A stretch of DNA of 25,061 bases from NCBI GenBank assembly GCA_016930515.1, contig JAFGGO010000090.1, forward strand, positions 1 to 25,061, read 5' to 3'. Under the pieces are notes generated by a model. The model saw nothing but the letters and a program-made list of their open reading frames with translations, did no database searches and had not been told where the DNA came from. Both the position numbers and the translations under genes were made by a program. Origin of the DNA: Promethearchaeota archaeon (GTDB lineage Archaea > Asgardarchaeota > Lokiarchaeia > Sigyniarchaeales > SOKP01). The first letter of the stretch is position 1. Each line of letters starts with the position of its first letter. Shown piece after piece: positions 8,663 through 17,019 of the stretch.

Positions 8663-9835
8663 ATGGAATGGAAACCAGAAGTAAAAGAATTATATGATAA
8701 AATAGTAGAAAAGATGCCGGAATTTATAAAACCCGTTATTGCACCAGAGCTTTTGAAAAAGGTCGAGATTAAATGTATAGAAAGGAACGCACAAAAAATT
8801 GCTGAAATGGATTTAATAGTAGGTTTATTTGAAGTAACGCCTCCTACTTTCCAACCAACAGTAATTGCAGATCTGGAAGAAATGGGCGTGTCTTATGATA
8901 GATATCTCGCAAAAGTGAAATCTGATTTTAAATGTAATACTGATCTTAATCAGATGATCGAAGATATTTCTAAAATTTGTGATATTTCAAGTGTAACTTT
9001 CAATAGAGAAGCGATGTGGAAATCTTTCAATACCTTTAAAGATTTTTTTAAGGGTGCTCCCGTTTCGATCAGAACAACCACTAAACCTATTGAAAAAAGG
9101 GATGTAGCAGTAAGATATGTGGAATTTTTTATGCCTCACAATCCAGATCCTTATACCATGGCAATAAAAGAAGGTTTGCTCTTGAAAAATGGACATCCAA
9201 TTCACGAAATGATTATCGAATCTATGAATACTTTCGAAATGATGGGATACGGAGTTGATGTAGATGCAAAGATGGGGCTATCGAAGATTTGGCCTTTTGT
9301 AGTACCTGGTTCGATCGAACCTATTTTTTCAATGAAATCCGTACCGCCAGCATTTAAAAAATACAAGCAATATTTTGAAGAACACGGTTTAACAGTATTC
9401 AGTCTTTTTGCGTTCGACTTTTTAAATCATACAATGAATATTTATTTCATGCTCAAGCAACCAGCGCAATCCACACATGAAAGTTGCGTAAAATTGGTGG
9501 AAGATTTGGGACTTACTCCCGCATCTGAGGAAATAATGGAAGGGTGTCGCAACGCGGCTCATTTAAACTATACATTTAGTTGGGAATCAGGAAAAATCGA
9601 ACGATTATGCTTTGGTGTGACTGTTGATGACGAAAAAGATGTTCCAACACATCTACATCCTTTAATTAAAGAATTCGTTGAAAAAGCCCCCCTACAGAGC
9701 GAATCGAGAAAATTTATTTGGGGCGCAACTTTTACACCAAGAGGAGTTTATTATAAAATTGAAAATGATTACAATGGTACGATGGTGGATTTCTTAGGAA
9801 TGGGATGCAAGGCAGGAATTGAAAAATATAATTAG
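8663..9835 (+). CDS. ABBA-family aromatic prenyltransferase (NphB/CloQ type) with an N-terminal DUF2621/PCP_red-like module
   Basis: After about aa 90 there is a ~300-aa domain with DPYTMAIKEGLL..GHPI, YGVD....GLSKIWPF, MNIYF, YTFSWESGKIERLCF and YYKIENDY. These match recalled NphB/CloQ motifs (DPY..v.kGL...gHP, GfkKty.F, NLYF, TL.W...kI.RLCF, YyKl). Confidence 0.8.
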   Translation: MEWKPEVKELYDKIVEKMPEFIKPVIAPELLKKVEIKCIERNAQKIAEMDLIVGLFEVTPPTFQPTVIADLEEMGVSYDRYLAKVKSDFKCNTDLNQMIEDISKICDISSVTFNREAMWKSFNTFKDFFKGAPVSIRTTTKPIEKRDVAVRYVEFFMPHNPDPYTMAIKEGLLLKNGHPIHEMIIESMNTFEMMGYGVDVDAKMGLSKIWPFVVPGSIEPIFSMKSVPPAFKKYKQYFEEHGLTVFSLFAFDFLNHTMNIYFMLKQPAQSTHESCVKLVEDLGLTPASEEIMEGCRNAAHLNYTFSWESGKIERLCFGVTVDDEKDVPTHLHPLIKEFVEKAPLQSESRKFIWGATFTPRGVYYKIENDYNGTMVDFLGMGCKAGIEKYN

Positions 9836-9864
9836 ATTTGTCTATTTTATAGGTGATTTTTAAA

Positions 9865-11016
9865 ATGAGAATAATAATCGATGGACCAATAAACAAGGAT
9901 TTAATTACTAAAATTAAAAATCAAGGGTTTCCAGTGACACATTGTATAATACATGTGCCACAAAACCCTATGGGAAATTCGTCAATTTTTCTTCCTAAAA
10001 AAATTCCTTCTTTCGATGATTTCAAAGATATTACTTCATTTTTATTAGATAACGATATTATTCCAATTGCTGGATTGGATTCGACTTGTCAAGGGAATCT
10101 TGAGGCTCACATACAGCAATATAATGCAATAAATGCATTAATTCAAACTTTAGAGGCTATAGGTTATAAGGATATATTGGTTTCTTCTCCAAATAATATT
10201 GGATTTTTTAAAGAACATGCGCCATCAATGAAGATTGTTTTATCATATTCACAATATGTAACCTCAATCAATAGGGGTAAAATCTTTTTTGAAATAGGTG
10301 CAGACTCTATTATTCTCCACCCAGATATAATTAGGTATTTTAATATATTGAAGAATTTTATCAAGCTAAAAAAGCAATTTAAATCGTCTAAAGATATAGA
10401 TTATATTTTACCATTAAATATCGGATGTAATTGGGGGTGTATTCATTGGTATCATCATCATAACCTGCAGAGTCATCGTACTACAAATTCTCCTGTTTTT
10501 TCAAATCAAGAAAATTTATCCAATGTTTTATATGAATTTGATTATCCACTATTAAACTGTTGGAGAGAGAGAATTAAAAATCCAGAAAATATTTTAAAGG
10601 CGGGATGGATATCGCCAGTAAATATAGGTAAATACGAGAATTTAGGATACGATACATTTACTCTCTATACGAATGGATTTTCGAACGAAAAAACAATGGA
10701 AATCATCAATAACTATGTTGAAAAGCGAAACAAAATGAGCTTAAAAAACATCATTAACATTCCTGAACCCTATGGAGAATATTGGAAGCAGATGGAAGGC
10801 AAGGACTTTTTGTTCGATTTAAATACATCTGAAATAGAGACTTTTTGTTTGAATTATCCGTATGAAGCTCACTATCCTTCGGAAAAAATCATAAACGAAT
10901 ATTGTAATGATTTTACTAAAATTTTGAAAATAAGAAGCTCTAAAGAAAGAGAAAATGTATTAACAACAATAAAAAATAAAATAAAAAATATGGAAAAAGG
11001 AGCCATTACGAGGTAA
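9865..11016 (+). CDS. Divergent peptidase U32-family (Fe-S hydroxylase-like) protein
   Basis: Aligns with the two downstream U32 genes (LDSTC, NIGCNWGC..H....SH, GWISP...Y..LG). Start moved to ATG 9865, with RBS AGGTGA at 9851-9856. Confidence 0.7.
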   Translation: MRIIIDGPINKDLITKIKNQGFPVTHCIIHVPQNPMGNSSIFLPKKIPSFDDFKDITSFLLDNDIIPIAGLDSTCQGNLEAHIQQYNAINALIQTLEAIGYKDILVSSPNNIGFFKEHAPSMKIVLSYSQYVTSINRGKIFFEIGADSIILHPDIIRYFNILKNFIKLKKQFKSSKDIDYILPLNIGCNWGCIHWYHHHNLQSHRTTNSPVFSNQENLSNVLYEFDYPLLNCWRERIKNPENILKAGWISPVNIGKYENLGYDTFTLYTNGFSNEKTMEIINNYVEKRNKMSLKNIINIPEPYGEYWKQMEGKDFLFDLNTSEIETFCLNYPYEAHYPSEKIINEYCNDFTKILKIRSSKERENVLTTIKNKIKNMEKGAITR

Positions 11017-11020
11017 AAAG

Positions 11021-13060
11021 ATGAGGATATCCTTGGCATGTAATTGGAAATTAGATTTATTAGATTTAATCGAACAAGATTCTAATCTAAAGAATGTAGT
11101 TAATGATTTTTACGGAACTCCAGATATGAATTTTACTGGATCTGGTCGTCCCTTCTTTCTTATGGCGAAAAGAAATAGAAACGAGATTGAAAATTTTATT
11201 AATAAAGTCCACGATTTAGGCTTAAAATTTACTTGGTTATGGAATGGTGAATGTCTTGGATACTATAAATTTAATTCACAAGAGCAAACGAAAGCGTTAA
11301 ACGAATTAGATTGGATAGATGATATGGAAATTGAATATCTAACAGTTACGGATCCATATTTAGCTCAATTTGCCAAATATTACCATCCAAATTTAAAGCT
11401 TAAAACATCTGTTATTGCTGAAATTAATTCACTCACACGAGCACTCCAATGGCAAGATATTATCGGTTCAGAAGGAGTGTTAACTTTATCAATAATGTTG
11501 AATCGTAATTTTCCTTTACTCGAGGAAATTAGAGATACAATAACTTGTGATATCGAATTACTGACTAACGATTGCTGTCTCAACGAATGTCCATATCGAT
11601 TTTTTCATTACAATGAATGTTCACACGCCAGCCAAACGCACGACTTTCTTGAGGGATATTACAATGATTGGGCTTCTATTGCATGCCAGAACCAGAAGTG
11701 CTTCAATCCTGAGCAAGTTATTATGTGTAAATGGATACAACCCTTAGATCTAGAAAAATATATCAATATGGGCATTGATTACTTTAAAATATCAGGTAGA
11801 AGATACGGAACACGCTGGATATTTAACGCTTTAAAAGCATATACTAGCAAAAATTTTAAAGGAAACCTTGGAGAAATTTTTAATGGTTATTCATTTGTCT
11901 CAGATCCCTTGATACTAGCTGGGAACCAATTCTCTGAATTCTCAATAAAGCAGGAAAAAATGGGCACCCACGCCGATAATCAAAGCATAATGTTAAGCGT
12001 ACCAGAATTTGACGCAAAATTAAAAGCTGATTTGTTAATTGACTTCGTACAAAATTTACCTTATGGTGGTGCCCGATGTGCAGAAAATTGCGGTGTATCT
12101 TGCTTTTATTGTCATAGTTACGTTAATAAAGCCTATTTTCAACCAGAAGGAGGTATAACCGAATCTTATAAGAAATTCATGTCCTATCTTTATAATTATC
12201 TGAATAAAGGAGAAATGTTTCTCTCAAAAGAACAAAGAAAACTTAAGAATCCTGTTAAAGAATCGGAATCAAATACTTATATTGGAATTCCCTGGGATCC
12301 TAAAGCACAAGAATTTCTTGATGAAGTAATGATATTGATACCAAAAGAAATGCAAGAGCCGGCAAAAAAAGGAATAGGCTTTACAGCTGAAAGGACTGCT
12401 GAAAAGCAAAATAAAACGAAAGTTAATATCGAGTTATTAATCGCAATAATTCTTGAATTAGTTCCTCAACCTTTCAAACGCGATTATATTGAATTTTTAA
12501 TTGAAAAAAAAATCAAATTATCGAACTATATGAGTGAAGCTGAAATAAGACAAATCAAAAATATACCATTTAGCAACCAATTAATCCCCCTGAAGAATAA
12601 TGAAGGGGAAATAAAAACGAATATAAATAAAATAAAAGAAAAACAAAATAAAAAAAAGGTGAAAATAAAATTGAATACAAAAGAAGAATGGGAAGCATAT
12701 CTCACGCGCTTTATGAAAGCATACAATGAATTACCAGATGTGGAGCAAATGCTTGAACCAATCGGATCGGTGGTATTTCAATATGAAATAACCGATAAAC
12801 CCGAGATGAGTTATTGGCAATACATCAATGGCAAAAAGATGGATTGGGGAATGGGTAAATTTTCTAATGGAGATATTCCAATGGTCATACATAAAACGAA
12901 TTTTGAAACGATAAAAAAAGTAAATTCTGGAGAATCTGACCCCATCCAAGCAACAATGGCTGGTAATTATGTAGTAGAAGGAGATGTTACCAAGCTCATG
13001 GCCTGTGCACCCTTGCTTCCGCTTAATGCGAAAGCGCATGAACAAGTGTTTAAGAATTAA
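11021..13060 (+). CDS. U32-family Fe-S protein fused to a DUF2621/PCP_red-like module and a C-terminal SCP2 domain
   Basis: GSGR, WNGEC, NDCCLNECP, GIDYFKISGR and CAENCGVSCFYC motifs. Module at about 12290-12530. SCP2 signature SGESDPIQATMAGNYVVEGDVTKLM within about 12680-13040. Confidence 0.82.
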   Translation: MRISLACNWKLDLLDLIEQDSNLKNVVNDFYGTPDMNFTGSGRPFFLMAKRNRNEIENFINKVHDLGLKFTWLWNGECLGYYKFNSQEQTKALNELDWIDDMEIEYLTVTDPYLAQFAKYYHPNLKLKTSVIAEINSLTRALQWQDIIGSEGVLTLSIMLNRNFPLLEEIRDTITCDIELLTNDCCLNECPYRFFHYNECSHASQTHDFLEGYYNDWASIACQNQKCFNPEQVIMCKWIQPLDLEKYINMGIDYFKISGRRYGTRWIFNALKAYTSKNFKGNLGEIFNGYSFVSDPLILAGNQFSEFSIKQEKMGTHADNQSIMLSVPEFDAKLKADLLIDFVQNLPYGGARCAENCGVSCFYCHSYVNKAYFQPEGGITESYKKFMSYLYNYLNKGEMFLSKEQRKLKNPVKESESNTYIGIPWDPKAQEFLDEVMILIPKEMQEPAKKGIGFTAERTAEKQNKTKVNIELLIAIILELVPQPFKRDYIEFLIEKKIKLSNYMSEAEIRQIKNIPFSNQLIPLKNNEGEIKTNINKIKEKQNKKKVKIKLNTKEEWEAYLTRFMKAYNELPDVEQMLEPIGSVVFQYEITDKPEMSYWQYINGKKMDWGMGKFSNGDIPMVIHKTNFETIKKVNSGESDPIQATMAGNYVVEGDVTKLMACAPLLPLNAKAHEQVFKN

Positions 13061-13120
13061 AAAAAAACAAAAAACATTTTTTTTTATCAAACAAAAATTA
13101 AAAAAATTAGGTGATAATAC

Positions 13121-14527
13121 ATTCGATTCAATGTCGCAACTAACTGGGATTTAAAATTGATTGACGAATTAGCGAAATATCCCGTTTCTGATTTATATGG
13201 TGCATCAAACCATTCTATTGTTGGTGGTGGTCGACCTTCCTTTTTACTTCCAGATGTTAATGATGAATACATAGCAGAATATATTAAAAAAGTGCATGAG
13301 AAAAAAATGGAATTTTCTTTTCTACTAAATGCTCCCTGCATGAATAATATGGAAACAAACTCTCAGTATCATAAGGAACTTATCGATTATTTACAATGGA
13401 TTACTGATATCGGAGCGGATAATGTGATCGTTACGATCCCATTCTTGATACAAATCATCAAAGAACAATTTCCCAACTTGAAAGTTCGTGTTTCAACAAT
13501 TTCACATATAAATAGCGTAAACCGTGCAAAATTTTACGAAATGCTAGGGGCTGATGAAATAACACCTGATATCATGATAAATCGAGATTTTAAAACATTA
13601 AACAAGATAAAGAAAGCTGTAAAATGTAAGATCGTTTTACTTCTGACTGATGGATGTCTTTTTCAATGTCCTTTCAGACACTATCATTATAATACTCTTG
13701 GACACGCTTCGCAAACACACCAACAATTTGAGCGTAATTATGTAGATACATGCATTATTAATTGTTCAGTGATTAAATTTTCAAATCCAGAGGAAGTTCT
13801 TAAATGTAGATGGGTGCGTCCGGAAGATTTATCTCATTACGAAGACATCGGGATTACGGATTTTAAAATCGCGGGAAGGCGAATGACTACTGATTGGATT
13901 CTTAGAGCGGTTAAAGCTTTTTCCTCTCGTAAATACGATGGAAACCTTGTGGACATTATTCAAGGCTTTTCGATGTCTCACGGTGGTTTAGAACAAAAAG
14001 ATCCTAATCTTACACTCTCTAAAACAGTTGGAAAGGAGTCCCAATCAAAATTATACATCGATAATTCAAAATTAGATGGATTTATTGAGTTTTTTAAAAA
14101 GCAAAATTGTGTTGCGATGTGTGATGAGTGTAATTATTGCAAGGAGTGGGCCAAAAAAGCCGTCATATTAAATAAAGAAGAATCGGAAAAATATGTACGA
14201 TCCCTCCAAGCTTATATAGACGATCTTAAGACAAGTAGAGAATTTGGAATTTCAAAAAAGGACTCTAAAATAGAAAAATCGAATGGATTTAAATGGTTAC
14301 CCGAAACAGAAAGATTATTTAACGAACTCATTGAATTATCTCCACAACAATTTCAATCAATCGCCAGAATGGTCATCGCCTCCCTCGCAGAGGAAAAAGC
14401 AAAAAAAAGAGCCTCGTTAGAAGTTCAAAATCAAGATATCGTTAGCGCATTTATTGAAGGTACACCAGGACCATTCCAAGCAGATATGAAGGATGGCCTT
14501 AAAAAACGCGGACTTTTAAAAGAATAA
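13121..14527 (+). CDS. U32-family Fe-S protein with a C-terminal DUF2621/PCP_red-like module; probable ATT start
   Basis: GGGRP, LNAPC, DGCLFQCP, FKIAGR and CVAMCDECNYC motifs. The frame extends upstream of TTG 13157 as (I)RFNVATNWDLKL, homologous to MRISLACNWKLDL. RBS AGGTGA at 13109-13114 and an in-frame stop at 13115. Confidence 0.82.
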   Translation: MRFNVATNWDLKLIDELAKYPVSDLYGASNHSIVGGGRPSFLLPDVNDEYIAEYIKKVHEKKMEFSFLLNAPCMNNMETNSQYHKELIDYLQWITDIGADNVIVTIPFLIQIIKEQFPNLKVRVSTISHINSVNRAKFYEMLGADEITPDIMINRDFKTLNKIKKAVKCKIVLLLTDGCLFQCPFRHYHYNTLGHASQTHQQFERNYVDTCIINCSVIKFSNPEEVLKCRWVRPEDLSHYEDIGITDFKIAGRRMTTDWILRAVKAFSSRKYDGNLVDIIQGFSMSHGGLEQKDPNLTLSKTVGKESQSKLYIDNSKLDGFIEFFKKQNCVAMCDECNYCKEWAKKAVILNKEESEKYVRSLQAYIDDLKTSREFGISKKDSKIEKSNGFKWLPETERLFNELIELSPQQFQSIARMVIASLAEEKAKKRASLEVQNQDIVSAFIEGTPGPFQADMKDGLKKRGLLKE

Positions 14528-14673
14528 CATGGAGGAAAAAAAATTAACCTTATATAGTTTTGGCTCAAAGATTAGCACTATATGAAACCTAAATTTTATA
14601 AAAATTTATGAAAATAAAAAATATCTATAAAAACAATGAATAATTAAAAAAAAAACGAAAAAAAGTGAATAAA

Positions 14674-15603
14674 ATGGAAGGAATATATTTTGATGTCGTA
14701 TTTCCATTAGTATTACTTGCTTGTCTATTATTTTTGATATTACGTGGTATATCTAAAAAATATCCTGAACAAGAATATATGACAAAATCCGAATTTATGA
14801 AGGATTGGCTTAAAGACCACGGACAAGCACATAAGCTAGACGAACAATTTGAAAAAATGCAAAAAGACCCAGCTGGAAAAATATACATGCCATTAACTTA
14901 TAAAGGCGCAAAAATCTTTATGAAAATGGGCCTAACACCAAATCAAGTATCTATTGTAAATCTCATTTTATCGTTCTTTATTTTTTATGGCGTTATTATT
15001 GCTGTAAGAGGACAATCGTTGGATTTATATTCCCAACAACCGTTTTATGGTTGGCTATTTATTCCATTAGCCCTTTTAGTATTCTTTACTGGAATCGTGG
15101 ATGGAATCGATGGAGCAATCGCAAGATTACGAAATATTAAAACACGACGCGGTGGATGGTTCGATAATGTAATTGACAGGATTAGTGATACTTTAATGCT
15201 AGTTTGTTTTGTTCCTGGAACCATTTCTATCGTAATGGGCCTCGATTTTCGATGGGTTGTATGGACTAATATTATCTTGATATTTCTTTATGAATACATG
15301 AGAGCAAGGCACGAAGGATTAGGATTAAAAGAAACTAAACCGTTTATGGGAGAACGAATCACCAGGATATTAACTATGGGAACCTTTTTCTTAATTTACG
15401 GTATCTCGAGTTTTGGCGTTATGATAACTTTTTTGATTGATCCCCCTTCTGCTGAAACGCTTTGGGCAGTAACTCATGGTGGTGTAACGGCTTGGGTAAT
15501 GATAATTATGCAATTGAGCTTGTTATTAATAATGGTCTTTTCGTGTTTGAAATTAGCTAATTATTCTTACAAGGGATTGAAAGAGTTGGATAATAAAGAA
15601 TAA
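14674..15603 (+). CDS. CDP-alcohol phosphatidyltransferase family protein
   Basis: TPNQVS plus the signature DGIDGAIAR-x7-GGWFDNVIDRISD and multiple TM helices. The start is ATG 14674 or GTG 14665. Confidence 0.88.
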   Translation: MEGIYFDVVFPLVLLACLLFLILRGISKKYPEQEYMTKSEFMKDWLKDHGQAHKLDEQFEKMQKDPAGKIYMPLTYKGAKIFMKMGLTPNQVSIVNLILSFFIFYGVIIAVRGQSLDLYSQQPFYGWLFIPLALLVFFTGIVDGIDGAIARLRNIKTRRGGWFDNVIDRISDTLMLVCFVPGTISIVMGLDFRWVVWTNIILIFLYEYMRARHEGLGLKETKPFMGERITRILTMGTFFLIYGISSFGVMITFLIDPPSAETLWAVTHGGVTAWVMIIMQLSLLLIMVFSCLKLANYSYKGLKELDNKE

Positions 15604-15677
15604 ATAGGAGGCGAAACAAAACGAAAAAATTTAAAATAATAACCTATGGAACAATAATTGCAGTATATTATGTATTA

Positions 15678-16973
15678 TTGCATTTTATTTTTCCCAACTC
15701 GTGGGTATCTGTTACTAAAAATTCCATCGATAACTTCTTTACGAATTTTTTTGTATATTGGTGGTTAGTATTTCCGTTACTTGCCCTTCTTTTACTTTTT
15801 GGATTGAATATCTATTATGGGATACATTTTTTGGCTTCATTTGGAACTGGTTATAAACCTAAAGGTGATAATTACGAAAATATTACCATTATGATTGCTT
15901 CCAAGAACGAAAAAGCACTATTGGAAAGAACATTAAAATCCATAATGGATAACGATTACCCTAAAGAAAAGATTCAGTTAATTGTAATAACTAGCGGATC
16001 GACTGATGGATCGGCTGAATTTTGTGAAAAATTTTTCAAACAAAATAATACTATTAAAGCTGATATTATATCTGCCGATCTTCCTAAAAAAGGCAAACCA
16101 ACTGCCCTAAACTATGGATTAAAACTTGTAAAACATGATATAATACTTTTTTATGATTCTGGTTGCATTTTACAAAGAAATTCCTTGAAAAATTTAATTG
16201 CACCTTTAAAAGACCAGAAAAAAAAAGCTGTAATTGGACCCGTATTGGTTGAAAATTGGAACACTAATAAAATTACCAAGGGAATTTTTCTTGATTATGC
16301 AATCGTCTCTGGAGGTGGATTGCTTTTTGAAGTAAAGAATAGGTTAGGTTCTTCTGCATATTTATATGGACGTAATTTTGCGATTCGGACAGAATTATTG
16401 AAAAAATACGGTGGATTTAACGAAGATTCCATGACAGAAGATCTTTATCTTCATATACTGCTCAATTTAGATGGAATTAAGATTTATTATTCACCCAAAG
16501 CAAGAGTATATGAATATGTACCTCATACATCGGAAATATTGAAAAAACAAAGAACCAGATGGATTGCAGGATATACAGTCGATGCGCCCCAATTAATGGC
16601 CATGAAGAACGAAGAAAGAGATGGTAAAAAGATTATTATTGCTAGAAACATGACTATGACTTTTATAGGAAATATGGATACTTGGATGCCAATAATAATC
16701 GTTTTTACAATAATATATGCTCTCATAGGAGAATATTACTTAATGATATGGAATTTATCCCTTTTGTTCTTTCAATTCGGGTTTTTATTCAACGCTATTA
16801 GGAAATACGCTGATGGGCATTATAGTTTATTATTTTACTTTCTTGTTAGCGGTTATATCCACCTATACATGTTCTTACGTCAATTTTCCCTTCCTAAAGA
16901 ATTGAGTTGGGAAAAAACACCGATGATACTAGAAAGACAAGAAGAAGAAGTAAAGGCTTTAACTATTAAATAA
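15678..16973 (+). CDS. Membrane glycosyltransferase family 2 (cellulose synthase/IcaA-like)
   Basis: ASKNE, GSTD, GKPTALN, TED and QRTRW motifs, with N- and C-terminal TM helices ending in WEKT. Confidence 0.85.
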   Translation: MHFIFPNSWVSVTKNSIDNFFTNFFVYWWLVFPLLALLLLFGLNIYYGIHFLASFGTGYKPKGDNYENITIMIASKNEKALLERTLKSIMDNDYPKEKIQLIVITSGSTDGSAEFCEKFFKQNNTIKADIISADLPKKGKPTALNYGLKLVKHDIILFYDSGCILQRNSLKNLIAPLKDQKKKAVIGPVLVENWNTNKITKGIFLDYAIVSGGGLLFEVKNRLGSSAYLYGRNFAIRTELLKKYGGFNEDSMTEDLYLHILLNLDGIKIYYSPKARVYEYVPHTSEILKKQRTRWIAGYTVDAPQLMAMKNEERDGKKIIIARNMTMTFIGNMDTWMPIIIVFTIIYALIGEYYLMIWNLSLLFFQFGFLFNAIRKYADGHYSLLFYFLVSGYIHLYMFLRQFSLPKELSWEKTPMILERQEEEVKALTIK

Positions 16974-17019
16974 TTCTTTTATTTTTACTTATTAAATATC
17001 TAATTTAGTTCGATAACAA

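Noticed and set aside
1983-9835. Aminocoumarin (clorobiocin-like) cluster
   Set aside because: No NRPS-like, P450, amide synthetase or deoxysugar genes.
13059-13085. A-tract/T-tract pseudo-hairpin between U32 genes as a structured RNA or terminator
   Set aside because: Only A-T pairing in an AT-rich background. The 9-T run might attenuate transcription, but this cannot be supported.
4402-14524. PCP_red-like module and BchE-like rSAMs as evidence of (bacterio)chlorophyll synthesis
   Set aside because: No nitrogenase-like reductase, chelatase or other tetrapyrrole genes. The similarity is at domain level only.
9865-14527. U32 proteins as collagenases/proteases, or naming them ubiU/ubiV
   Set aside because: Cys motifs and context favour Fe-S enzymes. 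The Cys spacing differs from UbiU/V, so orthology is unsupported.
14529-14585. 18-aa ORF MEEKKLTLYSFGSKISTI right after the last U32 gene, as a RiPP precursor for the SPASM enzymes
   Set aside because: No leader/core pattern, no repeat copies and no RRE/PqqD domain in the cluster. An ORF this short is expected by chance.
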